64,000 nt of DNA, taken from contig CAWHFJ010000017.1 in the NCBI GenBank assembly GCA_963828495.1, forward strand, positions 148,342-212,341, written 5' to 3'. The notes below the pieces were generated by a model, which saw only the letters and a program-made list of their open reading frames with translations, was not told the origin of the DNA and did not search any database. The position numbers and the translations under genes were made by a program. This document shows, piece by piece, positions 9,274-21,600 of this stretch; the stretch's first letter is position 1; the number at the start of each line of letters is the position of its first letter. The DNA comes from Candidatus Omnitrophota bacterium (GTDB lineage: Bacteria; Omnitrophota; Gorgyraeia; Zapsychrales; Fredricksoniimonadaceae).

Positions 9274-10644
9274 ATGCTTTCCAAAACATTTATCTTCTTT
9301 TTGTTTCCGGCCATTTTTTGCCCTACTTACGCTTACGCTTACATCGATCCCGGATCAGGCGGGTATCTGATCAGCTCCATCCTCGCTACTATAGGCGCTT
9401 TCTGCGCATTGGCCTCAGCATTCGTGATACATTTTTTCCGTAACATCGTCGGGAAAACGATCCGTACTCTGTGGCGCAAGCATCGTTTGTTATTTCTGGC
9501 AGGGGTGTTGGGTTTGATAGCCGCAACAGGGGCCGTTATTTTTTATATATTGTATGAACCGGCCATTGCGCCTTTCGACGCTTCCCTTTCCGGGGCCCAT
9601 ATTCATGATGCCATGCGCATATATGATGGGTATAGTTTGTATGAAGGCAAACTGATAGACATGCAGGGGCATGTGGTTAAAAAATGGAAAAATATTTTTT
9701 TAGGTGTGATCGACCCGCAAACAGGGGATTATTACGCGCAAAAATCTTTTGAAGCGCCTCTCTGGGGCAGATATACGTGGGATGATAAAGTTATTTGGGA
9801 GAAAAATTTTCCCATCCATCATGACCTTGTCCTGACCCCCAAGGGAACAATTATCACATTTACCAAGGAGGTCCATCAATACCAGGGCCGCGATGTTGAA
9901 TTTGACGTGATTCTTGAATTTGACAAAGAGGGAGCTCTGCTCACGCGTTTTTCTTTATGGGACCATCTTAAAGAGTTTCAGCGCTTCCATAAACCCCTGG
10001 AGTTGGATATGCCCCATACGTTTATTATTCCTGAAGAACACCGTGAGAAAAAAAGTATTTGGGGCGGCAGTTACGATTATTACCATTTAAATGCGTTAAG
10101 CATTATCCCGCCTAATGCCAGGCAAGGGCTCCATCCGGCTTTTCGTCCGGGCAATTGGTTGATCAGCTTCCGGCACGGCAGCATGGTTTTTATTTTAGAC
10201 CAGGACACCCGGCAAATTCTCTGGCGGGCAGTTTATGACCAGGTCCCGGACCGTCTGGAGGGCCCGCATGCGCCGCAGATGCTGGAAAACGGTAATATTA
10301 TGATTTTCGACAATGGCCGTTACCGCAAATGGTCGCGGATCATTGAACTTGATCCTGTGACCCTCAAACCTGTCTGGGAATACCGGGACAAAAATTTTTA
10401 TACACTGTCTCAAGGCTATGTGCAGAAACTGCTCAATGGGAACATGTTGATCACCGAAGCGGAAAAAGGGTATGTGTTTGAGATGACCCCCGACAAAAAA
10501 ACCGTTTGGGAATATTATCATCCTGACAAGCAGAACAAGACGAATTCGACAGACGAAAAGAAATGGGGATTAAGGCAGGAAATTTATCGCATGATCCGTT
10601 ATCCTAAAGCCCAGATAGATCGTTGGCTTAAACCCGCCTCATGA
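9274..10644 (+). CDS. arylsulfotransferase (ASST) family protein, N-terminally membrane-anchored
   Basis: Signal-like segment plus two TM helices, then a beta-propeller-like body. Motifs typical of the Arylsulfotran families: PIHHD, YDYYHLN, GNWLISFRHGSMVFILDQDTRQILW, NGNIMIFDNG. Paralogous to 11405-12517. Confidence 0.6.
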   Translation: MLSKTFIFFLFPAIFCPTYAYAYIDPGSGGYLISSILATIGAFCALASAFVIHFFRNIVGKTIRTLWRKHRLLFLAGVLGLIAATGAVIFYILYEPAIAPFDASLSGAHIHDAMRIYDGYSLYEGKLIDMQGHVVKKWKNIFLGVIDPQTGDYYAQKSFEAPLWGRYTWDDKVIWEKNFPIHHDLVLTPKGTIITFTKEVHQYQGRDVEFDVILEFDKEGALLTRFSLWDHLKEFQRFHKPLELDMPHTFIIPEEHREKKSIWGGSYDYYHLNALSIIPPNARQGLHPAFRPGNWLISFRHGSMVFILDQDTRQILWRAVYDQVPDRLEGPHAPQMLENGNIMIFDNGRYRKWSRIIELDPVTLKPVWEYRDKNFYTLSQGYVQKLLNGNMLITEAEKGYVFEMTPDKKTVWEYYHPDKQNKTNSTDEKKWGLRQEIYRMIRYPKAQIDRWLKPAS

Positions 10645-10658
10645 GGAACTAAAAATAC

Positions 10659-11402
10659 ATGCTGATATTGTTCATTGCTTTTATTTGTGGCTATTTGGAT
10701 TCAGGTTTGGGCGGCGGCTATGGCACGGCACTGGCGCCTATCCTGATTTTGATGGGGTATAAACCCTTGGTTGTTATCCCGGTGGTATTAGCCTCGCAAT
10801 TTTTGACAGACATGGTGGCCTGTTGTGTTCATCATCAGGTTAAAAATGTGGATTTACATTTTAAATCCGATCATTTTAAAATAGCCGGGATTATAGGGCT
10901 TTTCAGTTTAATAGGGGTTGTCATTTCCGTTTTTGTGGCCATAGCGGTCCCGCAATGGATACTGACCTTGTATATAGGGGGCCTTGTCATTGCGATGGGC
11001 GTACTCATGCTTTTGACCGTCGATAAAGTATTCAAGTTTTCTTGGAAGAAGATTTTGGCGCTGGGGACTATAGCCTCATTTAACAAAGGCATATCAGGCG
11101 GCGGATTTGGCCCGTTGTTGACAGGCGGGCAAGTGTTGTCAGGGATCGACGCTAAGAATGTTATAGGTATGACGGCATTGGCAAAGGCCATGACATGTTT
11201 TGTCGGGTTTATGCTCTATTTTATCATGGGCAAGCCTATCAACTGGCATTTGATATTTATGCTTTGGCTGGGGGCGATTCCTGCAGTCATTGGAGCGGGC
11301 TTGACGGTAAAATATATCCCTACACATAAATTAAAAAAGACTATCGCTGTTTTTATTATAATCTTAGGTGTCCTGACACTTTTGAAGATCGGCGGGAAAT
11401 AG
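10659..11402 (+). CDS. TauE/SafE (TSUP) family anion permease
   Basis: 247 aa and polytopic. The two halves are internally duplicated, each with a Gly-rich loop (GLGGGYG; GISGGGFG), as in the sulfite-exporter TauE/SafE family. Confidence 0.75.
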   Translation: MLILFIAFICGYLDSGLGGGYGTALAPILILMGYKPLVVIPVVLASQFLTDMVACCVHHQVKNVDLHFKSDHFKIAGIIGLFSLIGVVISVFVAIAVPQWILTLYIGGLVIAMGVLMLLTVDKVFKFSWKKILALGTIASFNKGISGGGFGPLLTGGQVLSGIDAKNVIGMTALAKAMTCFVGFMLYFIMGKPINWHLIFMLWLGAIPAVIGAGLTVKYIPTHKLKKTIAVFIIILGVLTLLKIGGK

Positions 11403-11404
11403 GC

Positions 11405-12517
11405 ATGAGTTTTATTGACCTTGTTAAGCAGAATCTTCGTGAATTAGAAGAACCCCGGTTTAACGCATCATTATCCGGGGCGCATACCTATGTCCCGGAG
11501 AAGGTCTCACCCGGGTTTAATTTATTCGATGGGCGTTTGATAGACACCAACGGAGGGGTATTAAAAACCTGGAAAGCCTGTTACCTGGGCCGTATTTTGC
11601 CCCAGGGGCTGTATGTGGCGCAACGCCATTATGAGTCGATAATTTGGGGCTTGTATGATTGGCAGGACAAGGTTATTTGGGAAAAAGACATGCCGATCCA
11701 CCATGATATTTTTTTTACGGCGCGTGGCACGATCATCACGTTAACCAAAGACATGCACCTTTTTCATGGCAGGAAAGTGGATTTTTGTGTTGTGGTTGAG
11801 TTTGCTCTTGACGGTCATGAAATAATGAGATGGTCCACCTATGAGCATTTGTCCCAACTCAAACAATACCATCGTGCTCTTGAACTTGACCGGCCCAAGA
11901 TATTTTTCCTCCCGGAGCCTCCGGGCCGCAAATCAGCAACCCCGTGGGGAGGCAACTATGATTATTACCGCATGAATTCGTTCCAACTTCTCCCGGAAAC
12001 ATTGCTGGGAAGCAAGGATCCGCGGTTTCGCGCCGGCAACTGGTTGATCAGTTTCCGTCATGGCAGCATGGTCCTGATTTTAGACCAGGATACGCATAAG
12101 GTCGTCTGGACATGCATTGCCCAAGAGATTCCCGATGGCCTGCAGGGCCAGCATGCCCCAACCATGCTGGCGGACGGGAGGATCATTATTTTTGATAATG
12201 GCCGGTACCGAGGTTGGAGCCGTATCATTGAACTTGACCCGGTCACGAAAAAAGTGATGTGGCAATACCGCGCGGACGGGTTTTTTACATTGTCTCAGGG
12301 ATATGTGCAGAGGCTTGCTAACGGCAATACGCTGATAACCGAGAGCGAGCGGGGGCGTGTTTTTGAGATCACGCGTGAAGGCCGGGTGGTGTGGGAGTAT
12401 TACCATCCTGATGGGCAAAATGCGTCCAATTCCCAGCATCCGGAAAATTTTGGTCGTAGGCAATGGATTTACCGCATGGTCCGTTATGAACCCGCATTCA
12501 TAGAACCCTTTTTGTAA
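11405..12517 (+). CDS. arylsulfotransferase (ASST) family protein, no signal peptide
   Basis: Collinear with residues ~100-456 of the 9274 protein. Shared blocks: SLSGAH, VIWEK..PIHHD, GNWLISFRHGSMV.ILDQDT, IIFDNGRYR.WSRIIELDPVT, WEYYHPD. It lacks the hydrophobic N-terminus. Confidence 0.6.
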   Translation: MSFIDLVKQNLRELEEPRFNASLSGAHTYVPEKVSPGFNLFDGRLIDTNGGVLKTWKACYLGRILPQGLYVAQRHYESIIWGLYDWQDKVIWEKDMPIHHDIFFTARGTIITLTKDMHLFHGRKVDFCVVVEFALDGHEIMRWSTYEHLSQLKQYHRALELDRPKIFFLPEPPGRKSATPWGGNYDYYRMNSFQLLPETLLGSKDPRFRAGNWLISFRHGSMVLILDQDTHKVVWTCIAQEIPDGLQGQHAPTMLADGRIIIFDNGRYRGWSRIIELDPVTKKVMWQYRADGFFTLSQGYVQRLANGNTLITESERGRVFEITREGRVVWEYYHPDGQNASNSQHPENFGRRQWIYRMVRYEPAFIEPFL

Positions 12518-12577
12518 TTCCCGCCTAAAATACCCATATAAAATAGTTCACTTTATACTTCATAGCAAAGAAATGTA

Positions 12578-12607
12578 TTGTATACTTTAATTTGGGGTAT
12601 ATATAAA
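12578..12607 (+). promoter_or_regulatory. candidate sigma70-type promoter of tpsA
   Basis: TTGTAT (12578-12583), 18-nt spacer, TATAAA (12602-12607). gcgagg RBS-like sequence precedes the GTG start at 12625. Pattern match by eye only. Confidence 0.25.
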
Positions 12608-12624
12608 AATATGCGAGGCTTTTT

Positions 12625-15600
12625 GTGAAAAAAATTATTCATTGCATCACAGCCATTGCATTCTTTTTCCTCTCCATTGTCCCCAGCCCCGGATTTGCTT
12701 TTAATGTCAATGTGGTCCAAGGCAATGCCACTGTCAGCACTAATGGCAATACCGTTACCATTACCGCCACCGGCCGTGCCATTCTTCAAGGTAATACCAG
12801 CATACCCTCCGGTGTAACCGTCGATGTGATCCAGGGAGTCAATGACATCATGCTGCGTGATATCACCGGCAGCCGCACGGATATTTTGGGCTCTCTGCTA
12901 TCCAACGGGAACATTATTTTGATCAACGCGATGGGCATTTTTATCGGCCAATCCGCCAATGTCAATGTGGGAGGGCTGATTGCCTCTACCCTGGATATGA
13001 AGAACAATTTATTCATGAGCGGCAACTATCAGTTTGAAAAAATTCCAGGTCTTAACCCTGCGGAGATCCTCAATGAGGCCAATATTAATATTGCCAATGG
13101 GGGATATATCATTTTATTGGCAGACCGAGTGGTGAACAAGGGAACGATTACGGCGTATATGGGAACAGTGGCGTTAGGCTCAGGCCAGCAAGCCACGGTT
13201 AGTTTTGATCAAGGGGGATTGGTCAATCTGGTGATAGATCAGGGCTTGGCGCAACAGCTGACCAACAGCAGTGGTAAAAGCAAAGCGCAGATTGTCAATA
13301 GCGGCAAGATATATGCCAACGGCGGACGGATCCAGATGACAGCGGAATTGCTGGAGACAACCCTTGAACAGATTGTGAATAACACCGGAGTTCTACAAGC
13401 CAATAATGTCGCTGAACAGGGAGGCATAGTTGAACTGACTGCCAGTGGCGCCATTAACAACAGCGGGACGATCCAAGCAGCCAGTATGATAGAGCAAGCC
13501 GAGACTTTTCATTCCACAGGGGTGCTGGATGTTGGTCATGGGTATTTTAACAATCTTGATGGGGCGATCAATATTTCTGGGTCTATTAGTGGGACAATTG
13601 CGGATGTAGGCGATATCGATTTGACCGGTGCCGTGAGCCTGACCGGAGACACCACCTTGCAGGCAGATTCCGGAGGCGCTCAATCCGGTGAAATTGTGAT
13701 GAACACCAACCCCTTGACAGGCAACAATTTCAATCTGACCATGTACACAGGAGAGAATGACACGTTAGACGGTTCTATCACAGGCGTTAATCTGCTGACG
13801 CTCAACTCTTCAACTGTCAACGACAAGATTTTTACCTCAACAGGCGCTTCTTTTAGTGTGAACACCCTGCAAACCAATAACTACGCGCTTTTTTCGCGTT
13901 ACCAGGGCAATGGCACTTCAAGTGATCCGTATATGATTTACTCGGATTCGCCTGTGTGGGGTGGATTGGAGTATATCGTCAATACCCCTAATGCTTATTA
14001 TGAATTGGCCAACAACATCAATGCTGCTGACACATCAAGCTGGAATTCCGGGGCAGGATTTACTCCCATTGGCAATAGCTCTACACCATTTAAAGGGACC
14101 TTCAACGGCAACAATTACACGATATCTAATTTATTCATTAACCTTTCTTCAACCAATGATGTTGGTCTTTTCGGCTATACATCAGGAGCTACCATTAAAA
14201 ATGTCGGATTGGTTAATGCCCATATCACGGGACAAAATTATGTCGGTAGCCTTGTCGGCTTTAATTATAATGCAAGCACCATCGACAACAGCTATGCCAC
14301 GGGCAGTGTCAGCGGGAGTGGTAATATCGTTGGCGGCCTGGTGGGTGAAAATGATTATTTAAGCAGCATCGTCAACAGCTATGCCACCGGTAATGTGAGC
14401 GGAAATAATGAAGTCGGCGGCCTGGTGGGTAGAAATTATTATACAAGCAGCATTACCGACAGCTATGCCACCGGTAATGTGAGCGGGAATAATACTGTCG
14501 GCGGCCTGGTGGGTTATAATATTAGATCAGGTCTCATCGACAATAGCTATGCTGTGGGTAATGTCAGCGGGAGTGGTAATCAGGTCGGCGGCCTGGTGGG
14601 ATATAATAATAATTTAGGCAGCATTACTAACAGCTATGCTACCGGCAGTGTCAGCGGGAATAATGACGTCGGCGGCCTTGTTGGTCGAAATTATTATTCA
14701 AACATCGACAACAGTTATGCCACCGGCAGTGTCAGCGCCGGTAGTAATGTCGGCGGGCTGGTTGGTTCCAACTCTTATTCAAGCATTGATAACAGTTTTG
14801 CCACTGCCGGCGTAAACGGTAGTAGTAACGTCGGCGGTCTTGTTGGTTCTAATTATTTGAGCAGTATCAATAACTCCTACTACACAGACTCCAATAATCA
14901 AAATGGCCTGGGTACTTTTGAATCTGGCGGCCCCAGCGCTTTCTATAATTCAAGCCATGCTGTCTACAATGGCGATACGCCCTGGGACTTTAACGGTTTA
15001 TGGAAGGATGGCGCAGGACTTGCGTATCCTACCTTAGTATGGCAGGGCATGAACAATGGCTCCTTTATCGGCGGCACTCCTGCTATTCCTTTTCTCATTT
15101 ATAATGTCAATCAACTGCAGTTTATGGACTATGAGCTTAGCGCATCTTTCCAATTAGCTTCGGACATTGACGCCAGTGCCGCCTCCGTCTGGAATGCTGA
15201 TAGCGGGTTTACTCCCGTTGGCAATAGCTCTACACCATTTACCGGTACTTTCAACGGCAACATTTACACGATTTCTAATTTATTCATCAATCTGCCATCA
15301 ACAGATAATGTCGGTCTTTTTGGGTATACATCAGGTGCCGGCATTGAGAATACAGGACTTATAAATGCCAATATCACGGGACAAAATAATGTCGGCGCCC
15401 TTGTGGGTTTAAGTACTAATTCAAGCAGCATCATTGGAAGTTATGCTGCCGGCAGTGTTAGCGGAAGTGGTGATCAAGTCGGCGGTCTTGTTGGATATAA
15501 TCTGAATTCAAGCAGTGTCGCCAATAGCTATGCCACCGACAGTGTCAGCGGGGGAGCTAATGTCGGCAGCCTTGTGGGTAGAAATTATAATTCAAGCATC

Positions 15601-18600
15601 GACAACAGCTATGCCACCGGCAGTGCCGGCGGGAGTGCTAATAATGTCGGCGGCCTTGTGGGGGGTAATGTTGATTCGAGCAGCATTACCAACAGTTTTG
15701 CCACGGGCAGTGTAAGCGGTAGTAGTGCTGTCGGCGGGCTTGTGGGTTACAATGATAATTCAAGCAGCATCGTTAACTCCTATTACACCGACTCCAATCA
15801 TGAAAATGGTCTTGGCATATTTGAATCCGGCGGTGCTGCGGCTTTTTATTCTCCTGCAAACCCGGTTTATGCGATAGGTACGGCAGGTGGGTGGGATATC
15901 TTTACGCCTCTATGGGATACCTATATAGATGAATTGCCTCGTCTACACTGGGAACATCATTCAGGCAACTTTGTGCCTTACTGGCTAGGGACAAGTTCCA
16001 ACGATTTTGATACCGCATCTAACTGGTCTGATAATTCTGTGCCGGGGAGTAGTTCAACGGTCATCATCGCCAACGCAAGCAATGAACCCACCCTTAATGA
16101 AATCACCACATTAGCTAATTTTTTTATAGGTTCCGGCACCTTCACTCAAAATAATGCTCTGACGTTAACTGGTAACTATGCCCAGGCTGGCGGGACATTC
16201 AATCAAAACGCCACCCTTTCTGTTGAAGGCAACTTTTTTCAAAGTGGTGGTATTTTTACCTCACCGCCCGCCAATACTTTTACAGTAGGCAACAATTTTT
16301 CTTTAACCGGAGGCACATTCAGCCGTTTTACTGGTTTGGGTACAGGGCAAAATCCGTATCTTATTTATGATGTCTACGGCCTTGAAGGGATGGGAGGCTT
16401 TCTCTCAAGCGCCTTTGAACTTGGCCATGACATTGATGCATCAACCACAAGCAACTGGAACACAGGGGCAGGATTTACTCCTATTGGAAACAACTCTATA
16501 CAATTTAATAGCACCTTTAACGGTAACAACTACACGATTTCTAATTTATTCATCAATCTGCCATCAACGAATGATGTGGGTTTGTTCGGGTATACGTGGG
16601 GAGCTATCCTTGAGAATGTCGGGCTTCTTCATGCCAACATCACGGGACAAAATAATGTCGGCGGGCTTGTTGGTAGCAATTATTATTCAAGCCTCGCCAA
16701 CAGCTATGTCACCGGCAGCGTCAGCGGAAATGGTAATGATGTCGGCGGACTTGTTGGGTTAAATCAAAATTCAAGCATCGTCAACAGCTATGCCACTGAC
16801 AGTGTAAGTGTAAGCGGCCCGCCTGGGAATTCATATGCAGGAGGCCTTGTTGGTTATAATGTTAATTCAAGCAGTATCAACAATAGCTATGCCACCGGCA
16901 ATGTAAGCGGATTTTTTTATGTCGGCGGGCTTATTGGTGGCAATTTTTATTCAAGCAGCATCGACAACAGCTATGCCGCAGGCAGCGTAAGCGGCACTGC
17001 TAATTGTGTCGGCGGCCTTGTGGGTGATAATTCTTCAAGCAGCATTGCCAACAGCTATGCCATTGGCAATGTCAGCGGTGCTGGTTATGTCGGCGGCCTT
17101 ATTGGTGAAAATTATTCAAGCAGCATTGCCAACAGCTATGCCACTGGCCATGTCAGCGCTGGTAGTTATGTTGGAGGCCTCGTTGGTTATAATGCTAATT
17201 CAAGTAGCATTGACAACAGCTATGCCGCCGGCAGTGTCAGCGGGAGTGCTAATAATGTCGGCGGGCTTGTTGGTGATAATTCTTCAAGCAGCATTGCCAA
17301 TAGTTATGCTACTGGATTGATATCCGGATCAACAAACGTTGGAGGATTGGTAGGGTATGATAGCGGCGGCACGTATACCGCTAACTTTTTTAACAATACT
17401 GTCAATTCATTATTGACAGGCACGGGCAATAATAGCAATGTCTCAGGCATCAGTGGCGAATCTACGGCTAATATGCAAACCACATCTGCTTTTACGGGGG
17501 CCGGTTGGGACTTTAATGGTCTTTGGGCGATCAATACTAATGAATATCCGCATCTCTTGTGGCAGGACATGGGAGACGGCAGTGCTTTTATCGGAGGGAC
17601 CAGTGCGCATCCGTTCCAGATTTCTAATGTGAATCAACTGCAGTTTATGGGCTATGCCACAAGCGATTATTTCCAATTAGCTTCTGCTATTGACGCCAAT
17701 GCCACCTCCGGCTGGAATGCCGGGGCAGGGTTTACTCCCATTGAAGGATTCACCGGCACCTTCAACGGTAATAATTACACGATATCTAATTTATTCATCA
17801 ATCTTCCGACAATGAATGGTGTAGGACTGTTTGGGCAAACTTCAGAAGCTACCATTGAGAATGTCGGATTAGTCGATGCCAATATTACGGGACAAAATGG
17901 AGTCGGTAGCCTTGTGGGTTATAATTTTAATTCAAGCAACATCGACAATAGCTATGCCACTGGCAGTGTAAGCGGGAGCAATCAAGTCGGCGGCCTTGTT
18001 GGTTTAGCTCGTTGGGATTCAACCATCGCCAACAGCTATGCCACCGGCAATGTAAGCGGTAGTAGTGATGTTGGCGGCCTTGTGGGTAGTAATTATTTAG
18101 GCAGCATCGACAACAGCTATGCCACCGGCAGTGTCAGCGGGAGTGGTAGTATCGGCGGCCTTGTGGGTGAAAATGATTATTCAGGCAGTATCGCCAACAG
18201 CTATGCCACCGGTAATGTGAGCGGGAGTAATCAAGTCGGCGGCCTTGTTGGTGATAATAATACTAATTCTAGCAGCATCGTCAACAGCTTTGCCACTGGC
18301 AGTGTTAGCGCCAGTAGTAATGTCGGCGGCCTTGTTGGGTATAATCAGTCCGGCAGTATCAACAATGCCTATTACACCGACTCCAATCATCAAAATGGCC
18401 TTGGCACCTTTGAACCCGGCGGTGCCGCGGCCTTTTATTCTCCCGGGCATCCGGTTTATGCTATAGGTACGCCAGGCGAGTGGGATATCTTTACTCCCCT
18501 ATGGGACACCTATACGGACCAACTGCCTCATTTACATTGGGAACATCATTCAGGCAATTTCACTCCTTACTGGTTGGGGACAAATTCCGGTGATTTTGAT

Positions 18601-21600
18601 ACGGCATCCAACTGGTCTAATGATGCTGTGCCGGGCATTGGCTCAACGGTGATCATTTATAGCGGCGCCAATGACCCCACCCTCAGTACCACTACCACAT
18701 TAGCCAATTTACTTATAGACTCCGGGACCTTTACTCAAAATGGTGATCTGACCTTGTCTGGTCAATATGGCCAAGCTGGGGGAACATATGATCAAAACGC
18801 CAATCTTGCTATTGGCGGCAACTTCTCGCAAAGTAGCGGTACCTTTGTTTCCGACACCACCAAGACTTTCACAGTGGGCAATAGTTTTTCTTTAACGGGG
18901 GGAACATTCAGCCGTTTTACTGGTTTGGGAACAGGCATTGACCCGTATCTTATTTATGACGTTTATGGGCTTGAAGGGATGAGAGGATTTCTTTCGAGTA
19001 CGTTTGGGCTTGCCAACAATATTGATGCATCAGCTACGAGCAACTGGAATTTAGGAGCAGGATTTACTCCTATTGGCAACAGTTCTGCAGGATTTATCGG
19101 CACCTTCAATGGTAACAATTACACTATTTCTAATTTATTCATTAATCTTCCTACAGCAAGTAATGTCGGCCTTTTTGGGTATACATGGAGAGCTACTATT
19201 GAGAATGTCGGATTAATCAATGCCAATATCACGGGACAAAATAATGTCGGTGCCCTTGTTGGCGTAAATCAGTATTTAAGCAACATTGATAACAGTTATG
19301 CCACCGGCAGTGTAAGCGGAAATAATGGTAATAATATCGGCGGCCTTGTTGGTTACAATGTTAATTCAAGCAGCATCGACAACAGCTATGCCACCGGTAG
19401 TGTAAATGGGAATACTAGTGTCGGCGGCCTTGTGGGTATGAATAATTATAGAATCAGCATCAACAACAGCTATGCTACAGGCAGTGTAAACGGGAATTAT
19501 AATGTCGGCGGCCTTGTTGGGTATAATTATAATTCAAACACCATTGCCAATAGCTATGCCACCGGCAATGTCAGCGGGAGTAATCAAGTCGGCGGCCTTG
19601 TTGGGTATAATTATAATGCAAACAGCATTACCAACAGCTATGCCACCGGCAATGTCAGCGGGAGTAATCAAGTCGGCGGCCTTGTTGGTCAAAATAATTA
19701 TAGAATCAGCATCGACAACAGCTATGCCACCGGCAATGTCAGCGGGAGTAGCAGTATCGGCGGCCTTGTTGGTGGAAGTTATAATTCATGCAGCATTGAT
19801 AACAGTTATGCCAGCGGTAGTGTAACTGGGAATAATCAAGTCGGTGGCCTTGTAGGTTATAATTCTTATTCAAACATCACCAACAGCTTTGCCGCTGGCA
19901 GTGTAAGCGGAAGTAGTAGTGTCGGCGGCCTTGTGGGTTATAATTATTATTCTAACATCACCAACAGCTTTGCTGCTGGCAGTGTTAGCGGAAGTAGTGA
20001 TGTCGGCGGCCTTGTTGGATATAATCAGTCAGGCAGTATCAACAATGCCTATTACACGGACTCCAATTATCAAAATGGCCTTGGCACCTTTGAACCCGGC
20101 GGTGCCGCGGCCTTTTATTCTCCCGGGCATCCGGTTTATGCTATAGGTACGCCAGGCGAGTGGGATATCTTTACTCCCCTATGGGATACCTATACGGACC
20201 AACTGCCTCATTTACATTGGGAACATCATTCAGGCAACTTCACTCCTTACTGGTTGGGGACAAATTCCGGTGATTTTGATACGGCATCCAACTGGTCTAA
20301 TGATGCTGTGCCGGGCATTGGCTCAACGGTGATCATTTATAGCGGCGCCAATGACCCCACCCTCAGTACCACTACCACATTAGCCAATTTACTTATAGAC
20401 TCCGGGACCTTTACTCAAAATGGTGATCTGACCTTGTCTGGTCAATATGGCCAAGCTGGGGGAACATATGATCAAAACGCCAATCTTGCTATTGGCGGCA
20501 ACTTCTCGCAAAGTAGCGGTACCTTTGTTTCCGACACCACCAAGACTTTCACAGTGGGCAATAGTTTTTCTTTAACGGGGGGAACATTCAGCCGTTTTAC
20601 TGGTTCGGGAACAGGCATTGACCCGTATCTTATTTATGACGTCTATGGACTCCAAGCGATGGAAGATTATCTGTCGAGCACAACGTTTGGACTTGCCAAT
20701 AACATTGATGCAACAGGAACAAGCAACTGGAATTCTGGTACAGGATTTTCCCCCGTTGGCAACAGCACGACCCCTTTCACCGGCACCTTTGACGGCAACA
20801 GTTACACGATATCTGATTTATTCATCAATCTCCCCTCAACGAGTAACGTAGGATTATTTGGATATACATCAGGAGCCACTTTAGAAAATGTCGGGCTTTT
20901 AAATATTAATATAACGGGAGGGAATTCAGTCGGCGCCCTTGCTGGTTTTATTGCTTATTCAAGCAATATCGACAATAGTTATGCCACAGGTAGTGTAAGC
21001 GGGAGCGGTAATGGAGTCGGCGGTCTTATCGGTTACAGTGATCTTTCAAACAGCATCACTAACAGTTATGCTACTGATAGTGTAAGCGGTAGTAGTTCTG
21101 TTGGCGGTCTTGTTGGGGATAATGTCAATGGAAGTAGTATTACCAACAGCTATGCCACCGGTAATGTAAGACTTACGGATAGTGGTGGGGCTAATGTTGG
21201 TGTCGGCGGTTTGGTCGGCTTTAATGGCTGGGGAAGTAGTATCAGCAATAGCTATGCCATTGGTAGTGTTAGCGGTGGTTATAGTGCAATCGGTGGTCTT
21301 GTTGGTTCTAATGCTTGGGGGGCTAGCATTGCCAACAGCTATGCCACCGGCAGTGTCAGCGGTGGCTATAATGATTTCGGTGGCCTAGTTGGTAGTAATA
21401 CTTATGGAGGAAGCATCACCAACAGCTATGCCACCGGTAGTGTAAGTGGATATGAAGATGTTGGAGGACTTGTTGGGTACAACAGTAATTCAAGTAGTAT
21501 AGCCAACAGCTATGCCGTTGGCAGTGTAAGCGGTGGCAGTAATGTCGGCGGGCTTATAGGATCTTACGACGGCAATAGCACTCTGACGAATAACTGGTGG

